Source: Williopsis jadinii
Taxonomy: Eukaryota
Reading direction: 5' to 3'
Assembly: GCA_024346625.1 (NCBI GenBank)
Contig: AP024665.1
Coordinates: 1,302,001-1,366,000, forward strand
DNA length: 64,000 nucleotides
Shown: piece by piece, positions 8,304-18,345 of the stretch
Numbering within the stretch: position 1 is the first letter of the stretch
How the letters are laid out: each line of letters starts with the position of its first letter
Position numbers and translations under genes: made by a program
The notes under the pieces: model-generated
What the model saw: only the letters and a program-made list of their open reading frames with translations
The model's database searches: none
What the model was told of the DNA's origin: nothing

Positions 8304-10889
8304 ATGGATATTAGCCAAGTATTGGAGAATGCGATCTTGAACCCAAACGCTCAACAGCGTTCAGAGGCTGAAGCCCAGTTACAGGGCATGGCAAAGGAAA
8401 ACTTTGTTATGTATCTGGGTCTCTTGACACAGACGTTGGCCAACGTAGCGCTGAAGCCAGAGGTGAGAATTCTTGCTGGTATCACTCTAAAGAACGAGCT
8501 CACATCGAAGGACTCTCATAAGAAGAGCGAACAGGCGCAGCGCTGGATCAGTTTGGACACTGCTGCAAAAGCTGAGATCAAGAACGTTGCTCTTTCCTCC
8601 TTGCTGACAGATAACGATCGTGTTGCAAATTCTGCAGCACAACTTGTGGCTGCTATTGCTGAAATCGAACTTCCTAGAAAAGAGTGGACTGAGTTGATTG
8701 GGCTCATTGTGGAAAACACCAAGCCAGAAAAACCAGAGCACGTGAAGCGTGCTTCTTTATTGACGATTGGTTACATTTGTGAATCTGCTGATCCAAATGA
8801 CCCAACCATCGTTGCACAGTCCAACGGTATCTTAATTGCTATTGTTCAAGGTGCTCAATCCTCAGAGACTTCTAAAGTGGTTAGACTCACTGCTTTGAAT
8901 GCACTTGTTGATTCCCTTGAGTTTATCAAGCTGAACTTTGAGCGTGAAGGCGAAAGACATTACATCATGCAAGTGGTTTGTGAAGCTACACAAGCCGATG
9001 ATAATGAGCTGAAGGCTGCTGCATTTGGTGCTCTTGCTCGTATCATGGCTTTGTACTATTCCTATATGAGTGTTTACATGGAAAAAGCCTTGTATGGATT
9101 AACTGTTGCTGGTATGCAATCCGAGGATGAGCGTGTTGCTTGTATGGCTGTTGAGTTTTGGAGTACCGTTTGTGAAAATGAGATCGATATCACAATGGAA
9201 AAGAACGAATACCCAGATTCTCCTCTGAAATTGTACAACTTTGCCATGTACGCCATTGAAACTATCTTACCAACGTTGTTTCAATTATTGAAAAAGCAAA
9301 ACGACGACCCAGACGATGATACATGGAACGTTGCTATGGCTGCAGGTGCTTGTTTGACGCTTTTCGCTCAAGATACCGGAAACTACGTTGTTCAACCTAC
9401 TTTGACTTTTGTCGAACAAAATATTGGGGGTTCCAGTTGGAGAGATCGTGAAGCTGCTGTGATGGCATTCGGTTCTATTCTTGATGGTCCGGATAGAGAA
9501 CAGTTGAAGGTATTGATTCAACAGGCTCTCACTCCAATATTAGCTCTTATGTCTGATGAAAATTTGCAAGTTAAAGACACTGTGGCCTGGTGTGTGGGCA
9601 GAATTGCTGATTTGCTCATTGATGCCATCAGCATTGATACTGACCTTCCAAGAGTCCTCTCTGCCGTCTCACAAGGTTTGAGAGACCACGGAAAAGTTTC
9701 CACAAACTCTTGTTGGACTTTAATCAACATCGTTGAACAGTTGAACGAAACCGCACCAGGTCAAGACACCTCCATTATTTCTCCATACTACAGCGGATTG
9801 GTACCAATCTTGTTGGAGATTTCTGCTAGAGGTGATAACGAACACTCTACAAGAGCCGCCTCCTATGAGGCATTGTCCATAATGGTGCAATACTCTGCTA
9901 ATGATGTGATGGATATTATCAACAACGTTGGCTCTGTTGTTTTACAAAGGATCGATGCCACTACACAACTTCAAGCTCAAGTTCAGACCAATGAGGATAA
10001 GGCCAATCTTGAGGAATTGCAGGCAAATATTCTAGCTCTGTTGACAAACGTTATTAGAAGAATTGGCCCTGACGTTTCTGGTGTTGCCAATTCTCTGATG
10101 GAGTTACTGCTCAAACTACTACAGACCCAGCAGAACTCTGTCATTGAAGAGGATATCTTCATTGCTATATCTGCCCTTGCAGGTGCTGTTGGCCAGAACT
10201 TTAACAATTACATGAGTGCCTTCCTACCATTCTTGACCAACGCTTTGAACCAAGTTGACTCTCCAGTTTCTAACACTGCTGTTGGTCTTGTTGCTGATAT
10301 TTCCCACTCTCTTGGTGAATCTTTCCAACAATACTTTGAAGGTTTAATGAATATTCTTGGTGGTCTGCTTCAAAATCCAAACGTTCGTAAGGAGTTGAAG
10401 CCAACTGTGCTATCTGCATTCGGTGACATTGCCACTGCTGTTGGTGCTGGTTTTAAGCCATACCTAGATGTGGTTTTCCGCATTTGCCACGCTGCACAGA
10501 ACATGGAGCCAGAGAACAGTACGCCAGAAGCTGTTGACTACGTCACCACTGTTCTTGAATCTGTGTTGGACTGTTATGTTGGTATCGTTGGTGGATTGCA
10601 TGAATGTGCAAATGAAATTTACCCATACGTGGCACAGATTTTCGAACTCTTGAGTGCTGTTCAGAAGGACATTGCATTCGTCACTAGTGATAGTGTCAAC
10701 AGAAGTGCTGTTGGATTAATTGGTGATTTGGCCCAGATGTTCCCAGATGGACGCATCAAAGAGGCATACGCCCAAAGCTGGGTCACTGAATTCATCAAGA
10801 GGGTGAGAACCCATCCAGATTTCTCTCAGAGCACCATTGACACTGCTAAATGGGCCAGGGAGCAACAGAAGATCCAGTTGACTTTGTGA
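8304..10889 (+). CDS. KAP95: Importin beta / karyopherin beta Kap95
   Basis: 861 aa HEAT-repeat protein; RILAGITLKNEL, AVEFWSTVCENE, DDDTWNVAMAAGACL, WRDREAAVMAFGSILDGP. Confidence 0.97.
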   Translation: MDISQVLENAILNPNAQQRSEAEAQLQGMAKENFVMYLGLLTQTLANVALKPEVRILAGITLKNELTSKDSHKKSEQAQRWISLDTAAKAEIKNVALSSLLTDNDRVANSAAQLVAAIAEIELPRKEWTELIGLIVENTKPEKPEHVKRASLLTIGYICESADPNDPTIVAQSNGILIAIVQGAQSSETSKVVRLTALNALVDSLEFIKLNFEREGERHYIMQVVCEATQADDNELKAAAFGALARIMALYYSYMSVYMEKALYGLTVAGMQSEDERVACMAVEFWSTVCENEIDITMEKNEYPDSPLKLYNFAMYAIETILPTLFQLLKKQNDDPDDDTWNVAMAAGACLTLFAQDTGNYVVQPTLTFVEQNIGGSSWRDREAAVMAFGSILDGPDREQLKVLIQQALTPILALMSDENLQVKDTVAWCVGRIADLLIDAISIDTDLPRVLSAVSQGLRDHGKVSTNSCWTLINIVEQLNETAPGQDTSIISPYYSGLVPILLEISARGDNEHSTRAASYEALSIMVQYSANDVMDIINNVGSVVLQRIDATTQLQAQVQTNEDKANLEELQANILALLTNVIRRIGPDVSGVANSLMELLLKLLQTQQNSVIEEDIFIAISALAGAVGQNFNNYMSAFLPFLTNALNQVDSPVSNTAVGLVADISHSLGESFQQYFEGLMNILGGLLQNPNVRKELKPTVLSAFGDIATAVGAGFKPYLDVVFRICHAAQNMEPENSTPEAVDYVTTVLESVLDCYVGIVGGLHECANEIYPYVAQIFELLSAVQKDIAFVTSDSVNRSAVGLIGDLAQMFPDGRIKEAYAQSWVTEFIKRVRTHPDFSQSTIDTAKWAREQQKIQLTL

Positions 10890-11310
10890 TTCAACATTGG
10901 TTAGCTGAATGACCCCAAGACTGCTATACCAGATGATACCACTTCTCCTACATCATGTTACCCCCCATCTCATTTCTCTCATCCTTTTCTCTGCATTTAT
11001 TTTATACCATCTTCTCTCTCTCTTCCTCTTTTTTTAATTGTTTCTTCTGTATAGCATCAGCTATCAATATACCCTCTCTTTGACAATGTTTTCTTCTCTT
11101 CTTCTGTTTTGTTTTCTTCCTTTTTAGACTATTCACCTCTTGTTGTTTTCTCTGTTTTCTTCACGCCTTTGTTACGACCTCTTCATCTGTTACAGCATTA
11201 ATAAAATAATCACCAGCACTGTATATAGATATACTGAGTAAGCCATTGTTCCTCTACATTGGGAATTTTGCATATCTTGATTGAACTAACTGAAGTTCTG
11301 ATAATGTGAG

Positions 11311-11910
11311 CTATATATCCAGATCATTGATCATTGCTTCCAATGCTCTCTCTTCATTCATGATCATCATCTCCAGCTCCAACTCATATGGTGTTAACTT
11401 TTCTTCCTCCACCACGGAATCAACCTGCCAATCCTGAACTACATGAGCATCGGCTTCTCTTCGTAGACGCTCGTTGTATCTCTTCTTCTCCTGTGTATCA
11501 ACAAACTTCCCCATGGTATCCAATCCACCTCTGCGGTCCAACAGCCGTTGGGATCTTCTCTCATCGCGTTCTCTTTTGGTAAAAGGTATGTATTCTTCAC
11601 CACGTAACGTATACTTCTGACCATGAGACATCATCCTATGCTTAGATCTGTCCTTTAGCGGCGAGGACATCGGCTCTCTGAGACCTTTGTACCTCTCCTG
11701 TGCCTTTGATTGTAACTTTTCCATCGTGCTCTGGGGAGGTGATGACACTATGAGATGTGGTTTCGTAGCGTGCTTCCTTACTGGCGAGCTTGGAATCGAG
11801 TCCATGGGCACAGTCTGTGTGATTGGATGTGGTGTATTGAGACAGTGAGTATCTTCCGAGTCCATTTCTCCCATTCTACTTGTGTGTGCTTCTCTGAGTT
11901 GATGCGACAT
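11311..11910 (-). CDS. RTT105: Rtt105-like RPA chaperone
   Basis: SSP motif followed by RRSQRLLDRRGGLDTMGKFV..E..RLRREA and an acidic helical C-terminus, resembling the Rtt105 RGGLEKME..RLKQEA block as recalled. ATG at 11910 chosen; 11961 possible. Confidence 0.6.
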   Translation of the reverse strand: MSHQLREAHTSRMGEMDSEDTHCLNTPHPITQTVPMDSIPSSPVRKHATKPHLIVSSPPQSTMEKLQSKAQERYKGLREPMSSPLKDRSKHRMMSHGQKYTLRGEEYIPFTKRERDERRSQRLLDRRGGLDTMGKFVDTQEKKRYNERLRREADAHVVQDWQVDSVVEEEKLTPYELELEMMIMNEERALEAMINDLDI

Positions 11911-12304
11911 CCATAGTTTCGTGTGTTGTGTAGTTGTTTGTTTACGAAAAGATGTGCGCATCACTACATTAGCAACAACAGCTACAGAGAGTACAATCGA
12001 AGGGGAAGTCAATGGCGATGAGCGCTCTACAATGACTGATCTCAATGTATGTAATAGATCGTGGAATATTTCATAATGGCTTTATTTAGTTTTATTTCAA
12101 TTCAGCCCAAAGAAAAATCTCATCCAGAGAGCCTCCTCTAAAAGAAAAAGGGCAGGATTCCCCTATTGTTCATTCATAATCGTACCTCTCTCTTCTTTCA
12201 TTCTCTTTTATGTGCCTTTTGTTTTGTGTGTCTTTCCGTCTCTCCTCCTTGTTCACTACTGTAGATATAAATGGACTCAACTTTCAGCATCAAGTGCAAT
12301 TCAT

Positions 12305-12784
12305 CTATTTAGCAATAGCTTGCAAGGCCTCGAGGACCTCAACTTGGATGGAAGCCTCAGCAGCAACAGCCTCATCAGATGAGTTAACGTTCTTCTGGGC
12401 CTCGGCCAATTGGGTCTTGATGGCCTCAGCGGAGAAGGCAGAGGCCTCGAATGCCTCAACAGTGGTGATGGACAACGTGGAGCCTGGCTGAACGGTAGCA
12501 AAGCCACCAGCGACAAAGTACTCCTTGATGGAGCCGGAGGACTCGGTGATCTGGACAACACCTGGCTTCAATTGCTCGATGATTGGAACGTGGTTGGCCA
12601 AGATACCAAACTCACCAGAGACACCTGGAACGTTCACCTGTGTGACGGTCTCGGATGAAAAGATGGTCTCATGTGGAAGAGCCAAAGAGAGCTTCAAAAC
12701 GTCAGAGGTGGCAACGTCAGCATAGCTTCTTCTAGCAACAGCTTGAGCACGAGCAACAGTTCTAAGAGCAGTGGATCTGAACAT
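12305..12784 (-). CDS. ATP16: Mitochondrial F1 ATP synthase delta subunit
   Basis: Presequence, then LKLSLALPHET..VTQVNVP..GEFGILANHVPIIEQLKPG..EASIQVEVLEALQ. Confidence 0.97.
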   Translation of the reverse strand: MFRSTALRTVARAQAVARRSYADVATSDVLKLSLALPHETIFSSETVTQVNVPGVSGEFGILANHVPIIEQLKPGVVQITESSGSIKEYFVAGGFATVQPGSTLSITTVEAFEASAFSAEAIKTQLAEAQKNVNSSDEAVAAEASIQVEVLEALQAIAK

Positions 12785-13150
12785 TATTGTCTAACAATTG
12801 ATGTGTTGATTGTTGTTTGTTGGAGGTTTGTTTGTTCGTGTGGGTGTTTTCGAACGTTTCCCTTTGGTTTTTTTCCCCTTCCCTCCCTGCCGGGTTCGCT
12901 CGTTGGAGGATCGCCCACACTGGGAGCGTTTTTTTTCAAAATTTTTTAGGGGGGACGGGGCAGCAGTGCGCGGACAGGCTCTTTGGGGAAATTTGTCTTT
13001 GTGGCAGGTTCCAGCTGAAAACGGCGCTACGGGTTTTAATTGGGCGGGTATAAGCGCGCGCTACGTGTGTGTTTGACGGTTATGCAGACATTATTACGAT
13101 TTTTTGTGAGAACGGTAGGGTTTCCCGATTGGGAAGTCTAGATGCAGGCA

Positions 13151-13864
13151 TCACTCAACCTTTGATGAAGAAGAAGATGATGATGGGTGTTGTAGTTGCT
13201 GCTGTCTTCTGGTAAGCCATTGCTTGCGTTGTTCAGCTAGTGATTCAGGCTCGAAGAAGCAGGTATCCTTCAGGCTCAAGAAATCGCTGATTGACCATGA
13301 GAGCACCCAATTGGTGAGGCCTGTGGTGCGAGCCATGGTGCCGATGAAGAAGAAGGTGACACCAAGTGAGGAGCCGATGCATGTGCCAACAACGACTTGT
13401 GGGACGCTATGGTAGTGAAGATACACCCGTGCGAATATCACACTGCACGACACCGTCGCTAAGGCCAGCGTGCCGCAGAGCCTTCTCGTGGTGGTCAGGC
13501 CTCTCCATTGTAGCCATAGTCGAAGTGTCAAGTACGTGAAGAAGAAGCCCATGAACTGCGCATGCGCACTAGGCATACCGTACCCGGACCTTAGCCCGTT
13601 CTGCTGGAACCCTTCGAACACCCTTGGTCTTGGGTGCTTCACGTGGTTCTTCACGATGTTATTCAACACGTCGTTGAATACTTGTCCACACGCCATGATA
13701 CACGGTTCCAATTCCCTCGTCACAATGAACCACGAGAGGTAGAAGCATAGGATGCCGATGGGCAACAGCGATAAACCCGCACAGATAAAGGACAGCGGGT
13801 CTGTGGGATCGTAGAGAACGTAGGTGTCATCGAATGGAACCGGCGTCTTTTGTAGCGTCTCCAT
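13151..13864 (-). CDS. CAX4: Dolichyl pyrophosphate phosphatase (PAP2 family)
   Basis: PVPFDDTYVLYDP start, KxxxKHPRP, YGMPSAHAQF, ARVYLHYHS..QV. True ATG at 13864. Confidence 0.93.
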   Translation of the reverse strand: METLQKTPVPFDDTYVLYDPTDPLSFICAGLSLLPIGILCFYLSWFIVTRELEPCIMACGQVFNDVLNNIVKNHVKHPRPRVFEGFQQNGLRSGYGMPSAHAQFMGFFFTYLTLRLWLQWRGLTTTRRLCGTLALATVSCSVIFARVYLHYHSVPQVVVGTCIGSSLGVTFFFIGTMARTTGLTNWVLSWSISDFLSLKDTCFFEPESLAEQRKQWLTRRQQQLQHPSSSSSSSKVE

Positions 13865-14053
13865 GTTAGCCTCCAATTGCGTAGCGTGTGTTGTGTTTGT
13901 TGTGTTTGTTGTTGTTGTTGATGGTGTGTGATGGCTGGTTTTTCTCATCACCGCGCCAACGACACAGGGCGGGAGACCCATCACCACGGTGAGGCACCTC
14001 AAAAAGGGTGTGATTGGAGCGGTTAGGGCATAGCTGCGGATAGAGGGACGGCG

Positions 14054-14914
14054 ATGTCTGAGCAGATGGAGGTGGAGTCCAGGAGGAAACTTCGGTCGAA
14101 AGAAGAGGCCAAAACCATTGATTCTTCGCTGTTCAACTTTGAAGATGACCCACAGGTGATTGATCCCGATGAGCCTATTAGTTGTGTCGGCCATTGCTCA
14201 GGTGAAGTGTTGAAGCTGGAAGTAGAAGTCCCCTTCAAGTCTCTGGTGGTCTCGGACCATATCCAGGAAGCGAAGAATACCAAGAGTGGCAGGAGGTCAC
14301 TCCGTGCATCTACGCAGGCTAAGAAGTTCACCAGTGATCCTCTCGATGATACGCTATACGAGTTATACCATCGTAGAATGGAGAAAGAGGAGAAGAAGAT
14401 GCTCAACAGGGATCGTGAGTCCTTCTGCTCGGAGGCAGATAAGCTGAAATGGCAGCTGGACGCGCTGCTACAGAATGACTGGGCCAAATCGTTACCGTCC
14501 ATAACGTTCATTAGGGACACCAGGGACCAGGAAGAACTCCAGCAGAAACGTGAATGGACAATATCAAGTATAAGGCAACTGCTGGAGAAGTACGAGGACT
14601 GGAAGAGAAGAGAGGATCGCGTGTTAGGAAAGGTCAGAGCGCATCTTCTCACTCCCAATGTTGGGAATGGCCACGGTCAGACACATAACAACGGGATAGA
14701 CTTCAGATTCTATACTGAATCCTTGAACAAGTTTGACTACATAGGTGACAGTGGAACAGACTCCGAAGAGGAAAACATGGATGTTGAAGAGATAAAACAA
14801 AGACGGAAGATCAAGAACTGTGGTAAGTTTGGGCCTTCCATAAGGATAAACTTGGGACATAACAACCAGCTGATAGCACAACCGTTCCAGAAGACAAGGA
14901 TAGAGAACTCATGA
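14054..14914 (+). CDS. SAS4: SAS histone acetyltransferase complex subunit Sas4
   Basis: SAS4 domain DPLDDTLYELYHRRMEKEEKKM..L...DW...LPSIT.I.D..D..EL..KR..T; lies next to CSN9/NVJ3/SCC2 as in S. cerevisiae YDR179-181. Confidence 0.85.
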   Translation: MSEQMEVESRRKLRSKEEAKTIDSSLFNFEDDPQVIDPDEPISCVGHCSGEVLKLEVEVPFKSLVVSDHIQEAKNTKSGRRSLRASTQAKKFTSDPLDDTLYELYHRRMEKEEKKMLNRDRESFCSEADKLKWQLDALLQNDWAKSLPSITFIRDTRDQEELQQKREWTISSIRQLLEKYEDWKRREDRVLGKVRAHLLTPNVGNGHGQTHNNGIDFRFYTESLNKFDYIGDSGTDSEEENMDVEEIKQRRKIKNCGKFGPSIRINLGHNNQLIAQPFQKTRIENS

Positions 14915-14928
14915 TGCGGTGGTTCTCT

Positions 14929-15643
14929 TCATTTGGAATCCACATTGATCTTTCTCTTTCTTGTTGAACCTGTTGCTGGCGCAGCCATCGATGACGATTC
15001 AGCTTCGCCGTGTGTATTCGTGTTCAATTCACGAGATATACTATCCACGTAGTTAACACCTGTTAATACCCTCTGCTCGAATTGATGCAGTGCCTCTATT
15101 AGACCCTCAACGCTCGTAGTATCGTAATGGGCATCGATGGTTTCGCCGGGGAGAACAACGTCTCTGCCTATACAGCTCTTCACTTTCACAACACCCTCTT
15201 CGCCAAACAGCACCGCATCGATAACCCTATGGAAGATCGATTCCGCTAGGAATATCTCCAAGTTCGTACTATCACGGATCCCCAACCTCTCCTTCAGGTA
15301 GTCGTACGTCAATGTCTTTCCAGTGTTAGTAGATAATCCCCACGCCAACAGCAAGAGTCTCAAAATCGGCTCAACTTACGTTACTTCTTAGGCATTCTGA
15401 AACCAGCGAGAGCTTGCTTAGCTTCAACAGAGCAAGGGCGCTGAGTTTGACGTATTGTCCCTCTGCTTGTTCCCGATAGTGATGGCACTCTCCAAAGCAG
15501 AATAGCTCCACTGTGCGTAGCCATTGCGGCTCTCTTTCGAAGAATTCAGCGTTTGCAGGGTCTTTACGGAGCGAATTGAACCCGAAGGTGGTGTCGTCTT
15601 CAAAGCTGTTCAGGATCTTCGTCTTTATTGGTGACTGCGGCAT
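14929..15643 (-). CDS. CSN9: COP9 signalosome subunit Csn9/Csn7-like (PCI domain), 2 exons
   Basis: Exons 15643-15380 and 15315-14929. Intron 15379-15316 (GTAAGT, TACTAAC 15331-15325, AAG). Joined peptide: LRTVELFCFG..LLKLSKLSLVS..TLTYDYL..LEIFL..RDV. Confidence 0.75.
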
Positions 15644-15807
15644 GGTACTCCCCGTCCCCTTCCTGTTGCTACTGACTGTGATGCTGTTAGCAGGGGAAAG
15701 CTACACAGAGCTCTAGGCGGGATGGCGGAAAATTTCACGGGGAACGCAGTGCAGTACTACGAGTGTAAACAGAGGGCCCAAAGAGAGGGACGGAAAGAGG
15801 GCTGAAC

Positions 15808-17211
15808 ATGGCAACCGATGCGCACAGACTCACCAGACAACGCATAGTTAAGCTGACATCAACAGGCAGGGCGAAGAAGTTGGTTCAGTCGAGACCAAGA
15901 ACTCCTCAGAATGAAACACCACAGCTATCAAAGGATTCCCCGGAGTACCTCAATAGACTGGTGCAACGTGATCTGTTAAAAGGTGCAAGCCAGGCGCATT
16001 GTTTAGAGGTGCTCCCTGAATTGACAGGGAGCAAGCGAGTTGACCTGGAGCTGTATGCCCTTATTGGGCTGCTGTTCAGGAATTTTGTCAACAGATGGTA
16101 TACCTCGCTGACAGATGATGATACTGATTTTGTGAAGGAGTTGATCAAGGTGATCTCTCAAGTGGCGAGAGATCTGGAACAGAGGGTGCTACAGGTCGAT
16201 CTGCTGCAATTGGTATTTGATGATATCCCGGTGGTCTTGGATGAACATTTGCTGGCGTACAGGAAGATCAACAGGGAGTTGGGCTCGTCGTATTTACAAT
16301 TCGACACCATCGATTCGGCATTTGACTATCTATGCCCTCATAAAGCGTTGGGAAGTGACATTGACGATACTGCAGCAAGAGCGTTGTACCTCAAGTTGCT
16401 ATCTAAAAACATACTACAGATCCTACTTCCAAAGGAACAGAGGAACTCGCAATTGGTGACGAAGTTCATGAACTCTTTACTCGGTGATATGCTGTTGAAC
16501 ATCATTGTCGATAAGCTGAGCCAGCCGTACCAGATATTTGAGATAATAACATTGGTATGTGAGTTATTACTCTCAGAAGAGCCACAAGCTGCAGCCGACA
16601 CTGCTGAAACAACGTCAAAGGATAGTAACTACGATATATTACAGTCTATGATGTCTTCCTTTAGCCATTTCATTGCATATTCCACGTCGTTAAACACGGG
16701 GAATAAGAACGATTATAGGCCAATGGTAACATTGCAGATGGCTCACTTTCTCAATGATCTTTTCTTAGTGAGTAGCTCAAGACCTGTGCTATATGCTACA
16801 CTCAAGTCCCTCTCACCAATTCTCAAGATGGAGAAAGCCAACCACGTTCTTTGCAACATCTTACAAAATTTGGTGATAAAGCCAATGAGATCAGATCACC
16901 TGGTTGCCACGATAATCAAAACATCTCGAAATGTCCTGTTCCCACAGGATGATGAGATGGGACCTCCACGAGTTGAACCAACACCCCAGGAATTTGAAAC
17001 CATCAGGCAGACGACAAAGGATAAGCTGAAGTTGGTTTGTCGTAAGTATCAGCTCATCTCCTATGCCTTGTTAACTACAAACGAAGTTGAACTAGATGAT
17101 GTGTTGGACGATTTCTTAACCAGCTTAGAACACTTGAGGATTAATGAAAACTTGGTTCTAAGGCTACTGGATCTGGTTGTGACAAGACTATTCCCAGAAT
17201 TGTGTCAATAG
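15808..17211 (+). CDS. NVJ3: PXA-domain protein Nvj3-like
   Basis: PXA motif LELYALIGLLFRNFVNRWYTSLTDD..F; C-terminal NLVLRLLDLVVTRLFPEL; synteny with CSN9/SCC2. Confidence 0.7.
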   Translation: MATDAHRLTRQRIVKLTSTGRAKKLVQSRPRTPQNETPQLSKDSPEYLNRLVQRDLLKGASQAHCLEVLPELTGSKRVDLELYALIGLLFRNFVNRWYTSLTDDDTDFVKELIKVISQVARDLEQRVLQVDLLQLVFDDIPVVLDEHLLAYRKINRELGSSYLQFDTIDSAFDYLCPHKALGSDIDDTAARALYLKLLSKNILQILLPKEQRNSQLVTKFMNSLLGDMLLNIIVDKLSQPYQIFEIITLVCELLLSEEPQAAADTAETTSKDSNYDILQSMMSSFSHFIAYSTSLNTGNKNDYRPMVTLQMAHFLNDLFLVSSSRPVLYATLKSLSPILKMEKANHVLCNILQNLVIKPMRSDHLVATIIKTSRNVLFPQDDEMGPPRVEPTPQEFETIRQTTKDKLKLVCRKYQLISYALLTTNEVELDDVLDDFLTSLEHLRINENLVLRLLDLVVTRLFPELCQ

Positions 17212-17994
17212 TCCTTGGATCCTTTCAGAGAAGTTTCCCTCTGAATCTATGAATCCATCCCAAAGTTCATGCGCATATTGAACAGGAATGAAGTGCTCTC
17301 TCGACGTCTGACCTATCTGTGTCCTTATGAAGCTTGAATGAAGCGCAATTGAACCCCTGAGACCTTCACAACAGTCCTGGGCTCCATAGAGACGGTCGTT
17401 CAGTATTGCAGAGTTGAATTCCCTTGCCAATGCTCTCCTTATCTGATGCTTCTTACCTGTTAAGAGTTCTAAGAGTATGAGAGAACGACCCTTGTGGCGT
17501 TCACCGGGGATCATAAACTTTGTTGTTTCATGTTGATTGGAATTGCCCTCCACTGGGACCGTAATGACTCCCGTGGTTTCAGTATTGAAGTGAACATTTG
17601 AAGAATACTTCAGCTCCTTAGAATTAACCAAAGCAGCATATCTTCTGATGAATGGATAGCCATAGTTACCACCCTTTTGTAGATTTCGAGAAAATTTCTG
17701 TGCACTAGACTTGTTCCTTGCCATGATTAGCCCACCACTGACCACCTTGTCCAGCCTGTGAACCGGCCTGAGCGAAGGATCAACCTCCTTGAGCAAGTTG
17801 AAGAGACCTTGCTGTCTTCTATGACTCGGTACACGTATATCATCGTTTTGCACCGCCACGCCAGGAGCCTTGTTGAACACAACATATTGACTATTGTACG
17901 TGATGACTCTAAACAGGTGTTGGTACTCCATAGAGGCAAAGCTCAACGGGGGTACCACTTTGCTGCTGAACATTCGACACGGATTCCATAGCAT
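17188..17994 (-). CDS. PUS5: Mitochondrial 21S rRNA pseudouridine synthase (RluA family)
   Basis: NKAPG, PVHRLDKVVSG, LLTGKKHQIR, ILNDRLYG, IALHS motifs; FSRNLQKGGN.G typical of Pus5. Confidence 0.88.
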   Translation of the reverse strand: MLWNPCRMFSSKVVPPLSFASMEYQHLFRVITYNSQYVVFNKAPGVAVQNDDIRVPSHRRQQGLFNLLKEVDPSLRPVHRLDKVVSGGLIMARNKSSAQKFSRNLQKGGNYGYPFIRRYAALVNSKELKYSSNVHFNTETTGVITVPVEGNSNQHETTKFMIPGERHKGRSLILLELLTGKKHQIRRALAREFNSAILNDRLYGAQDCCEGLRGSIALHSSFIRTQIGQTSREHFIPVQYAHELWDGFIDSEGNFSERIQGLLTQFWE

Positions 17995-18345
17995 TGTGAT
18001 GAGTTACCACTCATTCCACAGCAGCTGATTCACCGAGAAAACCATAGCTCGAAGAGTAGTATACATTCATTCCACATGTCAACCTCGAAGAATACGTACG
18101 GTGTCCCAGATGACATCCGAACACCAAAATGCCTATACCTTTTATGGCGCGTTACCCCAGTGATTGAAAACTATCCAGCGGGACCACAAGAGCGTTCCAT
18201 CACGGCCTAAGCGAAAAAAGAAGAACACGATGTTTATTGTCAACAACTTCCAAAGAGAGAGAAGCAAAAGGCTCCAACAAACAGTGATCCAACCCAAGCG
18301 GGAGCTTAAATACCTGGCGACTCTCTTAGGAAGGTTGGGTTTATC

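Noticed and set aside
13865..14194. 110-aa N-terminal extension of CAX4 overlapping SAS4
   Set aside because: Runs through promoter microsatellite and antisense SAS4 sequence; the conserved Cax4 N-terminus begins at ATG 13864.
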